A DNA stretch of 59,752 nucleotides, taken from the IMG/VR virus record IMGVR_UViG_3300021514_000001, positions 1-59,752 of that record; one strand, given 5' to 3'. This stretch comes from a virus (taxonomy: Duplodnaviria > Caudoviricetes). The stretch's first letter is position 1; every line of letters starts with the position of its first letter. This document shows positions 28,831 to 38,745 of this stretch, in pieces. The notes under the pieces are model-generated. The model saw only the letters and a list, made by a program, of their open reading frames with translations. It searched no databases and was not told the DNA's origin. The translations under genes and the position numbers were made by a program.

Positions 28831-29177
28831 GAGTTTGGGAGGTTTAGTGCATCGTCAATTAAGGGTTCTAATAATGGCATAACTACGTTTGTCAGCGCAG
28901 GGAAAGGCCGGTCACCGTTTCTAAAGTTCTTAATTGTGGTCCCTGGAAAATCTATGGCCCGCACAAGATGCTTTCGAGCATCGACCGTTGTGTGTGATTT
29001 TAGAAGGATTTCATCTCCTTCTTTCCATTCTGTGACAATATCGATTGCTTTTTGCGCCTCTTTCATGTAAGTAGCGAGATCTCCATCGGTCATAATGAAT
29101 GGAATCGTTACTGTTCCTTTCATTCCTGCTGCTTCGATCTCTATTACTTGTTCATTGACAAACTTCTTTTCAGCCAT
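28827..29177 (-). CDS. Tail assembly chaperone (gpG-like)
   Basis: Between tail tube and TMP; slippery site at its 3' end. Confidence 0.75.
   Translation of the reverse strand: MAEKKFVNEQVIEIEAAGMKGTVTIPFIMTDGDLATYMKEAQKAIDIVTEWKEGDEILLKSHTTVDARKHLVRAIDFPGTTIKNFRNGDRPFPALTNVVMPLLEPLIDDALNLPNS
28833..28839 (-). promoter_or_regulatory. Programmed -1 frameshift slippery heptamer C CCA AAC
   Basis: In-frame X XXY YYZ separated from the chaperone stop by one codon; a -1 shift enters ORF 28531-28830. Confidence 0.75.
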
Positions 29178-29227
29178 CTATTCCCCTTCTATATTCACGA
29201 TATACACGATTGGTAGCCTATTTGCGA

Positions 29228-29692
29228 CTATGCTACTGCGGCTGGTGTGATTTCCTCGGTGACAACGATCACAGCGGCTACGGCTTCTTCCTCGGTATCT
29301 GCATCCATATCTGAATGAGGAGGGCATGATACGACGTGGATGCTGCCGCCGAAGGTATAGCCGGTCATTCCGGCTGTTACTCCAGCTGGTATAACTACCA
29401 TTGAAGCAAGCTCGGTGTTATTTTCATATGCTTCCCAAAGCTCGACCATTAAACCGCCAGCGCCGGCCGTTTCATCAAGGGACCGATCGTCGAGAATGCT
29501 CATGGCAACCTCGAAATTCCCAGCCTTCGCTCTAGTCTGGGTTTCTGTTTTACTTCCACCCAAACTGTTCACGATTCTTTCGCTTTTACGGGGAACGTTG
29601 TAGGAAAGCGTTTTAACACTTCCGTTCTGCTCTGTTCCGCCGATGTTGACGGACCCGCGATCAGGTATGTAAAGTTGCGTTGTTATTGGCAT
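29228..29692 (-). CDS. Major tail (tube) protein, paralog 2
   Basis: 154 aa; position; highly similar to 29733-30197. Confidence 0.75.
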   Translation of the reverse strand: MPITTQLYIPDRGSVNIGGTEQNGSVKTLSYNVPRKSERIVNSLGGSKTETQTRAKAGNFEVAMSILDDRSLDETAGAGGLMVELWEAYENNTELASMVVIPAGVTAGMTGYTFGGSIHVVSCPPHSDMDADTEEEAVAAVIVVTEEITPAAVA

Positions 29693-29732
29693 ATTTCTTA
29701 TCCTTATTTGTTAAAGATTGAAAAACCTTCTT

Positions 29733-30197
29733 TTATGCAATCGCGGCAGGGGTAATATCCTCAGTAACGACGATAACTGGGACAACGGCTTCTTCTTCGG
29801 TATCTGCATCCAAATCTGCATGAGGAGGACAAGACACCACATGGATGCTGCCGCCGAAGGTATAACCGGTCATGCCGGTCGTGCTTCCAGCAGGAACAAC
29901 GACCATGTTTGTTAGCTCGGTGTTGTTTTCGTAAGCATCCCAAAGCATTTTCAAGACTCCGGTTCCCGCTGCGCTTTCCAGAAGGGATCGATCGTCAAGA
30001 ACGCTAAGAGCTACCTCGAAATTGCCTGCCTTTGCTCTGGATTGGGTTTCTGTCTTGTTTCCACCCAGGCTGTTTACGATCCTTTCGCTTTTGCGCGGGA
30101 CGTTGTAGGAAAGGGTCTTTACGCTTCCGTTGTGTTCACTACTGTTGATTGTAACTGATCCGCGATCAGGTATGTAAAGTTGATTTGTTATTGCCAT
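29733..30197 (-). CDS. Major tail (tube) protein, paralog 1
   Basis: 154 aa; between terminator and chaperone genes. Confidence 0.75.
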   Translation of the reverse strand: MAITNQLYIPDRGSVTINSSEHNGSVKTLSYNVPRKSERIVNSLGGNKTETQSRAKAGNFEVALSVLDDRSLLESAAGTGVLKMLWDAYENNTELTNMVVVPAGSTTGMTGYTFGGSIHVVSCPPHADLDADTEEEAVVPVIVVTEDITPAAIA

Positions 30198-30198
30198 G

Positions 30199-30450
30199 CT
30201 ATTCTCCTGTCTCTACTTTATCTTCGGCAATTATTCGCCGCATGAGTAGACGATTTATATCTTTTTCTCCTAAATGTTCAAAAGGCCGGCGTGGAGAGCT
30301 ATCGGCGTATGGATCTTCTTCCGGCTTGATTAATTCAAACTCTTCCGGGATCATCGCTTTGTACAACACGGCCTTGAGGATTACGTACTGGGTTTGTGCC
30401 TCTTCGTTTTCGCTTTCTTCTTTTGGACTGACGCTTTTCCTTTTTGTCAT
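30199..30450 (-). CDS. Hypothetical neck/tail-region protein
   Basis: ORF coupled to its neighbours. Confidence 0.6.
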   Translation of the reverse strand: MTKRKSVSPKEESENEEAQTQYVILKAVLYKAMIPEEFELIKPEEDPYADSSPRRPFEHLGEKDINRLLMRRIIAEDKVETGE

Positions 30451-30884
30451 GTAATAATCCTTACTATTGTGCGACCTGGATGTGAGTTGTTGACACCTCC
30501 CGGCGCTAACGGCCGTAAACTGAAATTAGGAAAGACGATCTTTCGCCACATTGTATTGCTGTAATTCTCCGTGCCTAAAACGCGATAGATTGCATTTTCA
30601 ATATCGTCGCATAGATCTTCTTTTTCTTCAAGCTGACCTTGATCGAATTTAACGAGCCAGTAAAGTATATACTGATAGACTGGCCTGCCAGACGACTTTC
30701 CGATCACTGGATATTGAGAAGGGGAGGAGCCACCGGAATAGACGCATAGCTCGTTGTTATACTTTCCTGGAAGCTGCGAAGAGTTATAGACATGAACTTG
30801 AAATGTTCCGCCAATTTCGGCATCTAAACTTAATAACCTGGCTATCTCTTTTCGGATCTCTTTGATAAGCATTAGCTGTTCCAC
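30447..30884 (-). CDS. Putative tail terminator / completion protein
   Basis: Synteny and size. Confidence 0.55.
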   Translation of the reverse strand: MEQLMLIKEIRKEIARLLSLDAEIGGTFQVHVYNSSQLPGKYNNELCVYSGGSSPSQYPVIGKSSGRPVYQYILYWLVKFDQGQLEEKEDLCDDIENAIYRVLGTENYSNTMWRKIVFPNFSLRPLAPGGVNNSHPGRTIVRIIT

Positions 30885-31348
30885 AAATCAACTATGTAGG
30901 CATTAAACATTTCGTTGCTGACTCTCTTTACTAGCGGTTCTATTGCCTGTGTGGCAAGTGCAAACCATTGAAATCTTTCAGCATGGTATTCAGCGCCATA
31001 TATGATGGGGTAGCCACCCCATTTGATATTTTGCGGCGCACTAGCATTAATGTCTACGATCACGGATGCGGTAACGCTGTTTGCTGAGGAAAAAAGCTCT
31101 TCTTGACCTAACTGGTGTTCTTTCCGTAACAGCCCAGTATCAACCGGAGAAAAAGACTTTGCTAAGGTTAGATATGCTTCTCCTAGCACTAACGCGATCT
31201 GCATGGCGATGTTTTCCCGGCCCGGCTTGGTTATATCGTTGAGCGACCTTAATTTGTCGGCCTGCTCATCAACTTGCGCGGCGAATACATCTAGGGGAGG
31301 TTTCGCGTACCAACTAAGCATTGCCGTCTCCTTGTAATACGATTTCAA
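30872..31348 (-). CDS. HK97 gp10-like neck protein
   Basis: AKSFSPVDTGLLRK motif. Confidence 0.7.
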   Translation of the reverse strand: MKSYYKETAMLSWYAKPPLDVFAAQVDEQADKLRSLNDITKPGRENIAMQIALVLGEAYLTLAKSFSPVDTGLLRKEHQLGQEELFSSANSVTASVIVDINASAPQNIKWGGYPIIYGAEYHAERFQWFALATQAIEPLVKRVSNEMFNAYIVDLWNS

Positions 31349-31628
31349 GAAACTTAGGAGATGTTAAAGGCCATTTGTTGACGCTGTGAATCCTGAAATC
31401 CTCGCCTGTATTGAATACAAGACGCATGTTTTCGCTGATCCTTTTTTTAGATACTTTGGTTACTATTTGAGCCGGGATAAAATCGTAGGCTGTTTCCGCG
31501 CGGGATTGCCGAAAAATGTATGGAAAGACGTTGGAACAGCGCAAACTTGCGGTTACTTCAACCTGATCTCCGGTTTCTTGATCGACCTGCATGATTGAGC
31601 AGTATGTGACCATTAGATGTTCGTACAC
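31314..31628 (-). CDS. Putative head closure protein
   Basis: Synteny; beta-rich 104 aa. Confidence 0.6.
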   Translation of the reverse strand: MYEHLMVTYCSIMQVDQETGDQVEVTASLRCSNVFPYIFRQSRAETAYDFIPAQIVTKVSKKRISENMRLVFNTGEDFRIHSVNKWPLTSPKFLEIVLQGDGNA

Positions 31629-32026
31629 TAATTAATACCCGGAATTGATGGATACATGCCGACACCAACATACGATGATGCCGATCTTGTTTTTGATCCT
31701 TCGCCTAGTTCTGGAGATCCGTATCCCCATTCTGCTCGATATTTCGCAGCTTTTCTGGCAAGTAGGACTGAGGCATTGTTGACTTCGCTTGCCGGCCCTA
31801 ATTCGGATTCTAATGGCTGAGATGCCCACGATGTTGAAGCGATCTCAAGTAGTTTCGCGCTGACACGTCCTATGTCCCGCTGCGATGGCTCGGTCACTTC
31901 GGTAACGCTTTCTGCATTTGCAGCGTAGGCTATTTCGATGGCTGTAAACTGCCTGCGACCGGGAAGGATTCCTGCTTCGTAGTCGGTGTCGCCAATTTCG
32001 GTACGAACGGCTGTTGTTAGTTCCAT
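31628..32026 (-). CDS. Putative head-tail connector/adaptor
   Basis: AVRTEIGDTD...FTAIEI N-terminus; synteny. Confidence 0.65.
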   Translation of the reverse strand: MELTTAVRTEIGDTDYEAGILPGRRQFTAIEIAYAANAESVTEVTEPSQRDIGRVSAKLLEIASTSWASQPLESELGPASEVNNASVLLARKAAKYRAEWGYGSPELGEGSKTRSASSYVGVGMYPSIPGIN

Positions 32027-32406
32027 TACTCACCGCCTCTTGATGGATCAGGAGCATCCCCGTATATGTTGAGTCCCCGATTCACGCGCAGCCAATGCGC
32101 TATGTCATCTGCTGACTTTTTCCCGATACCATCTAAAGCCTTCAGGCTGATGAATGTCTTGGGGATTTCGGAGATTGTTTCAATGCCGTTTTTCTTTAGA
32201 AGGCGAATGTGCGGGATTCCGCTTCCTTTTAGTTTGTCTGATGGAAGGGGAACCTCTTCCGGCTCTTCTTCAAGATCGACTGATGGGAATGGTAGGGGGA
32301 CATCACCGATTTCGGCGTGGTAAGCTTGGTATTGTTCAAAGGTCGCCTGTCGGCCATACCAATCTACGTATTTACGGCCGTTTTTAAGAACGGGTAGCAA
32401 TGTCAT
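32026..32406 (-). CDS. Helix-hairpin-helix protein downstream of the capsid gene
   Basis: LLKKNGIETI...LKALDGIGKKSADDI. Confidence 0.75.
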   Translation of the reverse strand: MTLLPVLKNGRKYVDWYGRQATFEQYQAYHAEIGDVPLPFPSVDLEEEPEEVPLPSDKLKGSGIPHIRLLKKNGIETISEIPKTFISLKALDGIGKKSADDIAHWLRVNRGLNIYGDAPDPSRGGE

Positions 32407-32423
32407 TGTTCACACCTTTTTGT

Positions 32424-32467
32424 GTAAGAGCCAGAGGTCTGTGATAAACCGACCTCTGCACTCTTAC
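32424..32467 (-). terminator. Stem-loop downstream of the major capsid gene
   Basis: GTAAGAG-CAGAGGTC...GACCTCTG-CTCTTAC inverted repeat. Confidence 0.45.
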
Positions 32468-32501
32468 TTTAACTGCGGAGCCAGGCTCCTTTTAAGGTTG
32501 T

Positions 32502-33617
32502 CTATGTCAGATCGCTTGACGCGATTGCGATTTTCTCAGGTACTTCGATGACTGGAAGCCCGTTTGTCACGGCTCGGCCGTGAAGCTGCATAGGCATAGC
32601 TTCAGGTGTAAACAACTGCGCCCATCGACCTGGCGCTCCGCCACCTTCGACGGTTGGCCCGATGTGGGTATAGCCAAGTGCCATTGACTTGTATGGATCG
32701 TCAACAGACCCTTCTCCCACGCGATAGCCGGTTCGCCCGGCGTTTGCAACGGCGAGGATCTTTCCTTCCGGCATGAATGGTAATAGCTGGGTCGCATCCG
32801 GCCCGGCAGGATTCATAACTTCTGCTTCAAGTCCGTATGCTTTGATCTTGATCGTGCGGCGCATGTCACTGTCACGCCGTTCGGTTGTTCCGATCAGCCG
32901 CGTGAAGGTGTATTCCTGCGTTCCGTTTGCCATGTCGGTGAAGTTGATCAACTCGATGTTGTTCACTGCATTGTCGATGACTTTGGTCAGGGTGTTGGGA
33001 TGGACAATGAAAGCATTAACGTTGTAATGCAGTACACGCTGCAATTCAGCAATGTCGGCCCAGAATCCTGATGCGGTGCTGTCCCAGGCTGCGGTTCCTG
33101 TTCTGGTTGTCAGGATGTTCGCTGCCGGGATTCCATAATCAACGGCGATTGCCATGTCGTTGAAGGTCCAGGCGATTGCTCCGCTGGTTAGTGCCTGCGC
33201 TCGTAGCCACTCAAAGGCATCAACATGCGCCTGCACGATTACTTTATCTAGGAAGTTTAACGCTTCGTTTTGGATGAAGTCGATTGAATCGCTTAATCCT
33301 AGATTACGCAAGATGCCTTGCATACGACGAATCGCACGCTCAGGCAATATCACGTAGTTTGCGAGCTTGGCAACTTCTTCCATGAAGGTGCTGACCTCGG
33401 TTATCCCGGTCGGGGGATAAGGAGAGTCAGTCCCGGCAAGGCCGGCCATCGCTGAACGAACGGTCATTGATCCGTTTTCTACGTTATAGGATGGCTCGTT
33501 CATTTCGGGTAAATACTGGTTAAAGAGATACCAGGCTGGCGGCCGTACTTCATTCGCAAACACGAAGGAAGCGTCGGCTCCAAGTTCTTTCAATGCTTCA
33601 GCAAAGTTTAGATTCAT
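32502..33617 (-). CDS. Major capsid protein (HK97 fold, lambda gpE-like family)
   Basis: EWLRAQALTSG...VDYGIPAAN...W...DI; follows scaffold and decoration genes. Confidence 0.9.
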   Translation of the reverse strand: MNLNFAEALKELGADASFVFANEVRPPAWYLFNQYLPEMNEPSYNVENGSMTVRSAMAGLAGTDSPYPPTGITEVSTFMEEVAKLANYVILPERAIRRMQGILRNLGLSDSIDFIQNEALNFLDKVIVQAHVDAFEWLRAQALTSGAIAWTFNDMAIAVDYGIPAANILTTRTGTAAWDSTASGFWADIAELQRVLHYNVNAFIVHPNTLTKVIDNAVNNIELINFTDMANGTQEYTFTRLIGTTERRDSDMRRTIKIKAYGLEAEVMNPAGPDATQLLPFMPEGKILAVANAGRTGYRVGEGSVDDPYKSMALGYTHIGPTVEGGGAPGRWAQLFTPEAMPMQLHGRAVTNGLPVIEVPEKIAIASSDLT

Positions 33618-33644
33618 TTTTTATTTCCTTTATCCTTACTTTGC

Positions 33645-34031
33645 CTAAACTACCCGATCGTCAGAATAGGTGAGCCATATGACTGCGGCGCCTATTTCTG
33701 ATTTGATCGTTGCCCATGCGCCATCGCCGAAGTCGGGGGTTAGGTTCTCGAAGAGAACGCCGCCGATGATCAGGCCATGTCCGGGCAAACCGGATTTATC
33801 ATTTTTGTCTGCGCTCGCCACCAAAACGCCATATGCAACTTCGGTTCCCGGCCGTGTTAGCCTGGGGCACATTTTGCCACTGGCTACTATAAGGGACATG
33901 GGTGTCCCGGCTGGAATCAAGGTTTCATCGTCGGTGTTATCCCAATCTATGTCTCGGCCCATGTCAAATAAGAGTGAATTAGGCTGCGCCACAAATGGGA
34001 GAGCATCATCATGTGTTACTACTCGTGCCAT
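33645..34031 (-). CDS. Head decoration protein
   Basis: LIPAGTPM...AYGVL; between scaffold and MCP. Confidence 0.7.
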   Translation of the reverse strand: MARVVTHDDALPFVAQPNSLLFDMGRDIDWDNTDDETLIPAGTPMSLIVASGKMCPRLTRPGTEVAYGVLVASADKNDKSGLPGHGLIIGGVLFENLTPDFGDGAWATIKSEIGAAVIWLTYSDDRVV

Positions 34032-34067
34032 TTATCTTACCTCTCGCGTCTATAAAATGACGCTTAG

Positions 34068-34784
34068 TTAATCTGAGCTGGTGACAGGCTCGCTTCGCTT
34101 TTTTACCTGATCCAACTTCGCCTGGAGCAATGGGTTCCTACCGTTTCCGGCATCGCCGGAGGTGCTGCCTTGCTGCTGTATCCAAGTCTGCCCTGTTTCA
34201 ACTTCTCCTGCCGCTTTCAGCGCAGGAAGAAAATCATTCCAGTTTTTCTCGGCGTAAACGTTAAGGCCGGTTTTGTCATTGCCTTCGACTACGTTGACGA
34301 CTCGCATCGCTTTGCCGTCATCATCTGAGGCTTCGCCTATTTCTAGTGTTGCTCCGTCTGGTAGGAGCTTTGACAATACCTTGGGATTAACACCGGCGAC
34401 TGCGGCCGCGTCGCTAACCATTTGGTACTTTTCTAGCTGTATGAGTTTGCTTCCCCTGTCTCCGATCTCTTTGACTGTGCCCATCCCCTTATACTCTTTC
34501 CACGTTGCTCCATCTTCGGCGGTTAGGATAACGCTTCCTTCTTTTGGGATTAATGCTTCGGCTTTTTGTGCTCGCTGCCGTAAATAGTAAGACCGCTCAT
34601 GTAGTTTCTCGGCATAGCGTAAGGCATCCCCTTGGTTTCTGGCTAACTGGCTTTTGAAGTCGGCGGCACGAGCAGCGTCGTCGTTGGCTGTCGTTTGTGT
34701 CGTTCCACCTGTCGTTCCTGTCGTTCCACCGTTTCCTTCGCCATTTCCTTCTGGATAACGATGCAATCCGTTCATTAATAACAT
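34068..34784 (-). CDS. Capsid scaffolding protein
   Basis: G/T-rich disordered N-terminus, coiled coil, synteny. Confidence 0.7.
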   Translation of the reverse strand: MLLMNGLHRYPEGNGEGNGGTTGTTGGTTQTTANDDAARAADFKSQLARNQGDALRYAEKLHERSYYLRQRAQKAEALIPKEGSVILTAEDGATWKEYKGMGTVKEIGDRGSKLIQLEKYQMVSDAAAVAGVNPKVLSKLLPDGATLEIGEASDDDGKAMRVVNVVEGNDKTGLNVYAEKNWNDFLPALKAAGEVETGQTWIQQQGSTSGDAGNGRNPLLQAKLDQVKKRSEPVTSSD

Positions 34785-34863
34785 TTATAACCCCTTCTGT
34801 TCTTTCTTCGTTCTTACTGTTTAATATAATCTATGATCTGTCTAAAATCAAGTGATACTATTT

Positions 34864-36450
34864 TTAGGGTGTTGTATTTGAGGCTGTTGGCTTTTCAACT
34901 TTGTTTTTCTCTGTCCTTAACTGTGTTCCTTCTCCTGTTCCTCCGGCCGCATCAACCAGCCCCGGCTTGACTACCGCTTCAACGCTCAACTCTGCGTTTT
35001 CGAGTGCTTGAATGATTTTGAGGATCTCGGCCGTGGGCTGGCTGTAGCCTGCTTCTGCAAGGGCTGTTTCATGACTGATAAACCGATCTGTTCTTAGTTG
35101 ACTGAGTAATAGTTTCTGCTCGGTTGTAACTACGCCTGTGTCAATTCGCACTTCTACTAATGCTCGATAAGGAGTTGGTTCTCCTCCTCCTAGGATGAAC
35201 TGACCCATCAATAAGGCTGTTTCGATCACCCATCGCACCATGAGCCGCGTCTCATTTGCCATGTCTGTGGCGCTGGCTTCAAAGTCTCCTTTTGCTAGTT
35301 GTAGTTTTTCGCCGCTGGCCTGGGCCAAGCCTGTCAGCAATGTATACTCTTGAAAGGCGCTGGCGATCATGCTGTTCCTTAGTTCTTTTCTCGCTTCTGT
35401 GAACAGATTGGGACTGACTGGCTGTGTGCGGGTAAATCCTCCGCTCATGGCTGCTTTTTCTACTTCGTTGTCATCTATAACCATGGCCGGTTGTAGAAAA
35501 TGACTTCTTCCCGCTCCTCGCACCATTGGATCTGGGATGAAGGCTTCTTTGCCATCTTCGCTTTCTTCCCAGTGGCCCGGCGGTAATAATCCGAAGAAGA
35601 AATCTTCTGGCCAGGCGGCTCCCATGATTGCGGCTTGAAATGCGGTATAAACATGGTTTAAGAATCGCTGCTGGCTGCGCTGGCTGCTGGTCATTAGTAA
35701 CGGCCGCTCCAGCTGATACATGGTCAAGTTGCCTAATAATGGCAGTTCAACTGTTCCGGTGCTTACTTCTTCGCTGTCTATCAGGCTTTCCAGGACGGTT
35801 AATCCTTGCTCGTTGATGAATACTAACTCGGCTCGATCGAATTCTTTGCCTGCTTTTTCTTCGCTCCAGGAGATGAAGCCTGTCTTTTCGTATTCTGAAT
35901 CGGCATCTTCAAAGACGACAGCCGTGCCTGGATCGGGCGCTTCTAATTCAATGAGACTTAATGCCATGCCCAAATTCTCGGCTTTGATTGTCCCGCCTTG
36001 CTCTAGTCTCTGCTCAGGTATGAAAAACCGCAATACGCCCCGACCTTCTTGTCCTTCATCTCCGGCCCACCCGCTGTTTTCTATGGCGTCGGCTACGGTG
36101 GATACGACTTGCTTTTCTTCTAGCCAGTTCTCTACAAATTGTTTTAGTTCTAATGCCTCTGCTTCTGCAAGAGGCTTGTTGTCTAAATCGTGGATTTCCC
36201 ATGTCCACGCTTTCCCCGTTAAGGCCCAGCGCTCTCTCTTTCGGATCTCGTTTAATACGTCTTCACTGACGAAGATCCTTTGCATCTCGGCTGCCCACTG
36301 TCCGTACTGTGGGTGATCCGCTGGCAGGCGCGGTCCTGTGTATCCAAAGCCTGCTTGCCAATGATCGCCGATACTGTACAACCTGTTGCTCTCGTTTATG
36401 CTGGGTATTTTCTTTTCGAGATCTTCTACTTCTAGTTCCGGCCGTGCCAT
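34864..36450 (-). CDS. Portal protein
   Basis: 528 aa directly after TerL; ASGEKL, ISHETAL motifs. Confidence 0.85.
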   Translation of the reverse strand: MARPELEVEDLEKKIPSINESNRLYSIGDHWQAGFGYTGPRLPADHPQYGQWAAEMQRIFVSEDVLNEIRKRERWALTGKAWTWEIHDLDNKPLAEAEALELKQFVENWLEEKQVVSTVADAIENSGWAGDEGQEGRGVLRFFIPEQRLEQGGTIKAENLGMALSLIELEAPDPGTAVVFEDADSEYEKTGFISWSEEKAGKEFDRAELVFINEQGLTVLESLIDSEEVSTGTVELPLLGNLTMYQLERPLLMTSSQRSQQRFLNHVYTAFQAAIMGAAWPEDFFFGLLPPGHWEESEDGKEAFIPDPMVRGAGRSHFLQPAMVIDDNEVEKAAMSGGFTRTQPVSPNLFTEARKELRNSMIASAFQEYTLLTGLAQASGEKLQLAKGDFEASATDMANETRLMVRWVIETALLMGQFILGGGEPTPYRALVEVRIDTGVVTTEQKLLLSQLRTDRFISHETALAEAGYSQPTAEILKIIQALENAELSVEAVVKPGLVDAAGGTGEGTQLRTEKNKVEKPTASNTTP

Positions 36451-36489
36451 GCTGATTCTCCTATTGAGCGCCGTATCTTCGGCGTATTC

Positions 36490-38064
36490 TTATATGGTCA
36501 AACTATGTAATCTTCTGCGCCGCTGTCTCTTCCTCTTGCTTGTCCATGTTAATGCTGCGGCAGCCAATACGGCGACCATGGCGGCATCGTCATGATCTCC
36601 TTCCGGCGCGGCTTGTGTGCTTGCGTCTATGTTGGCGATCTGCGCTAATATGATGGGACTCTTGATTCCTAGCTCTCCGATTTCCATCAACTCGGCTAGT
36701 TTATCCATGGCTAATGTTTTTGTTCTTTGGGTGGTGAGCCAGCCTGTTTTGTTGTCAAAGGGATTCTTGTATAACCACTTATAATCGTAGAGATCTCGCA
36801 AGGCGAGCTGCACAGCATGACCATGATTGTTCCTCTCTACACAAACGGTGGCCTGGTTGAACGCCTGCGCTAATCTGTAAATGTATCCGGCGAAGGTGCT
36901 TGGCTCCCACGCTCCTTCGGCATAGGCTACTTCCTCGAAGAGTAATGCGTCCCATATGGCGACTGCAGATGGATCGTTTACGGTGTCTCCCTCAGCCGGG
37001 TCAGCGGTGATGAGGTACGGCCGTCCTAATAGGATCTGCTCGTAATAGACGATCCCCGGTATTCTTGGCAAACCAGCCCGACCTAATCTGCTTAATGGAT
37101 CTGCTTCTCTTGTCGCGGCTTTGATCCAACTAGGCAAAAAACGCTTGTTGGCGCTCAGCCCGGCTAATGCCTGCGCTGGTATTTCTGGATATTCCTGCCA
37201 CAGATCGTCTTGCTCTTTGGTTTTTACTTTATGCTCGTACCACGCTTGATCTCTGCTTGGCCTGGCGTACCATGGCAGGAAGAGGGGGATGTAGTCGCTC
37301 TCTCCTTTTACGCTGCGTCTGTATAATGCTGCAAAATTGTTGTTTGGAACTTCTTTGTCATTCGTGGAAATTATTGCTAACTTCCCGCCTGCATCTGCGG
37401 TTTCTTCGGCCGCGTTTAGCAACTGTTTGAGGAAGGGAATAAAGGCTCCTTCATCAATCAATACGAAGCTGGCGGTGAAACTGCGGCCGCTGTGCTTTGT
37501 GGTCATGAAGCTCTTGGCCCGACTACCGTTCTTTAGGATCAACTGCTGCTCTAATACTTTGTCTGACTCTGGCCGTATCCAGTCTGGCAGTCTTTCCCAC
37601 ATGCCTGCTATTCTTCTGGCAAGTTCTCGTGAATCTTCTCCGTTCTTGGAAAATAATAGGATCATTGATCCTGGCTTGAATACCATTAACCACAGGCTGT
37701 ATCCGATTAGCAGCCATGTAATTCCTAGCTGCCTTGCTTTTAGGATGACAACTTTGTTGTTTTTGTGTACAACTTTGATTGCTTCTCGCTGTGCCGACCA
37801 TAGTTTAAAATCGTACCAAGCTGTTCCCGGCCGGTTTGGATCTTCTATCTGACAATAGTTGTCAATGAAGTATCCTGGGGACATGCCGCATTTGGCGATT
37901 TCTAGTGCGTGATGATCTTTTTCTGGGGCGATGATTGGGACGATAGAGTCTTTGGCCGGCGAGGTTTCATGCTCGCCAGCCATCGTTGTCTCTTCGCGCA
38001 ACGTTATTTCCTGATCTCTGGGGGGTGTCTCTGTGTCGATCTCTTTTGTATCTTCGCCTTGCAT
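36490..38064 (-). CDS. terL: Terminase large subunit
   Basis: ILKARQLGITW (Walker A), VLIDEGAF (Walker B), QEYP, ITADPAEG, VERNNHG, HDDAAM. Confidence 0.96.
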   Translation of the reverse strand: MQGEDTKEIDTETPPRDQEITLREETTMAGEHETSPAKDSIVPIIAPEKDHHALEIAKCGMSPGYFIDNYCQIEDPNRPGTAWYDFKLWSAQREAIKVVHKNNKVVILKARQLGITWLLIGYSLWLMVFKPGSMILLFSKNGEDSRELARRIAGMWERLPDWIRPESDKVLEQQLILKNGSRAKSFMTTKHSGRSFTASFVLIDEGAFIPFLKQLLNAAEETADAGGKLAIISTNDKEVPNNNFAALYRRSVKGESDYIPLFLPWYARPSRDQAWYEHKVKTKEQDDLWQEYPEIPAQALAGLSANKRFLPSWIKAATREADPLSRLGRAGLPRIPGIVYYEQILLGRPYLITADPAEGDTVNDPSAVAIWDALLFEEVAYAEGAWEPSTFAGYIYRLAQAFNQATVCVERNNHGHAVQLALRDLYDYKWLYKNPFDNKTGWLTTQRTKTLAMDKLAELMEIGELGIKSPIILAQIANIDASTQAAPEGDHDDAAMVAVLAAAALTWTSKRKRQRRRRLHSLTI

Positions 38065-38105
38065 GACAAAACGAGTATACCATATTTGAGGTTTTGACTA
38101 GATTT

Positions 38106-38339
38106 CTATTCTTCTAAACTCTCTAACCACCTCGCTGCATTAACTATGCGCTGCACGATCTCCGGCCGCTGTGTCCTCGACCACGCGATCATCTTCACGT
38201 CTCGCTCTGTCGCCCCGGCCGCTATTGCTGCTTCCAACGCTGCCGCGATGGGAGGATGCTGCATTAATAACCAGTTCCAACTCTCTTGATCTAATGTGAC
38301 TCCGAAATAGTCTAATGCTTGCTCTTTCTGTTGTGCCAT
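38106..38339 (-). CDS. Hypothetical protein
   Basis: Start moved to MAQQKEQ, which has an AAGGAG RBS. Confidence 0.65.
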   Translation of the reverse strand: MAQQKEQALDYFGVTLDQESWNWLLMQHPPIAAALEAAIAAGATERDVKMIAWSRTQRPEIVQRIVNAARWLESLEE

Positions 38340-38349
38340 TGAATTCTCC

Positions 38350-38745
38350 TTATTTGTGATAATCGCCAAACTGCTTGATAAACCTGTCACATAATTGTCT
38401 TACTGTTTCTTTTGATCCTGGAAACCACGTATGGTTATATCTATGCCACGAAACTATACAATTGGCTGCATCTACATCTTGTTCTTCATCTTCTGTTTCA
38501 TGCTCGGCTAAGATGAAAATCGTTGGCTTTGTTATTTGCAGGTCATCTGTCAATCTTTGAAATGCCATTGCTTGACCACGGCTCATACTCTTGCCTTTGC
38601 TTTTTAGTTCAATGAATATGTAGCAGCTATCTCTATATTCTATTAATCCGTCGATATCTGTTGGAGATATACCATAATCGAATACTAATCCAGAAAAATC
38701 GTTTAATTGCCTGGCTCGCGATCTCCATACTATTTTACCTAGCAT
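38350..38745 (-). CDS. PD-(D/E)XK-fold nuclease-like protein
   Basis: SPTDIDGLIEY...IFIELK...GQ; overlaps the end of the MTase. Confidence 0.6.
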   Translation of the reverse strand: MLGKIVWRSRARQLNDFSGLVFDYGISPTDIDGLIEYRDSCYIFIELKSKGKSMSRGQAMAFQRLTDDLQITKPTIFILAEHETEDEEQDVDAANCIVSWHRYNHTWFPGSKETVRQLCDRFIKQFGDYHK

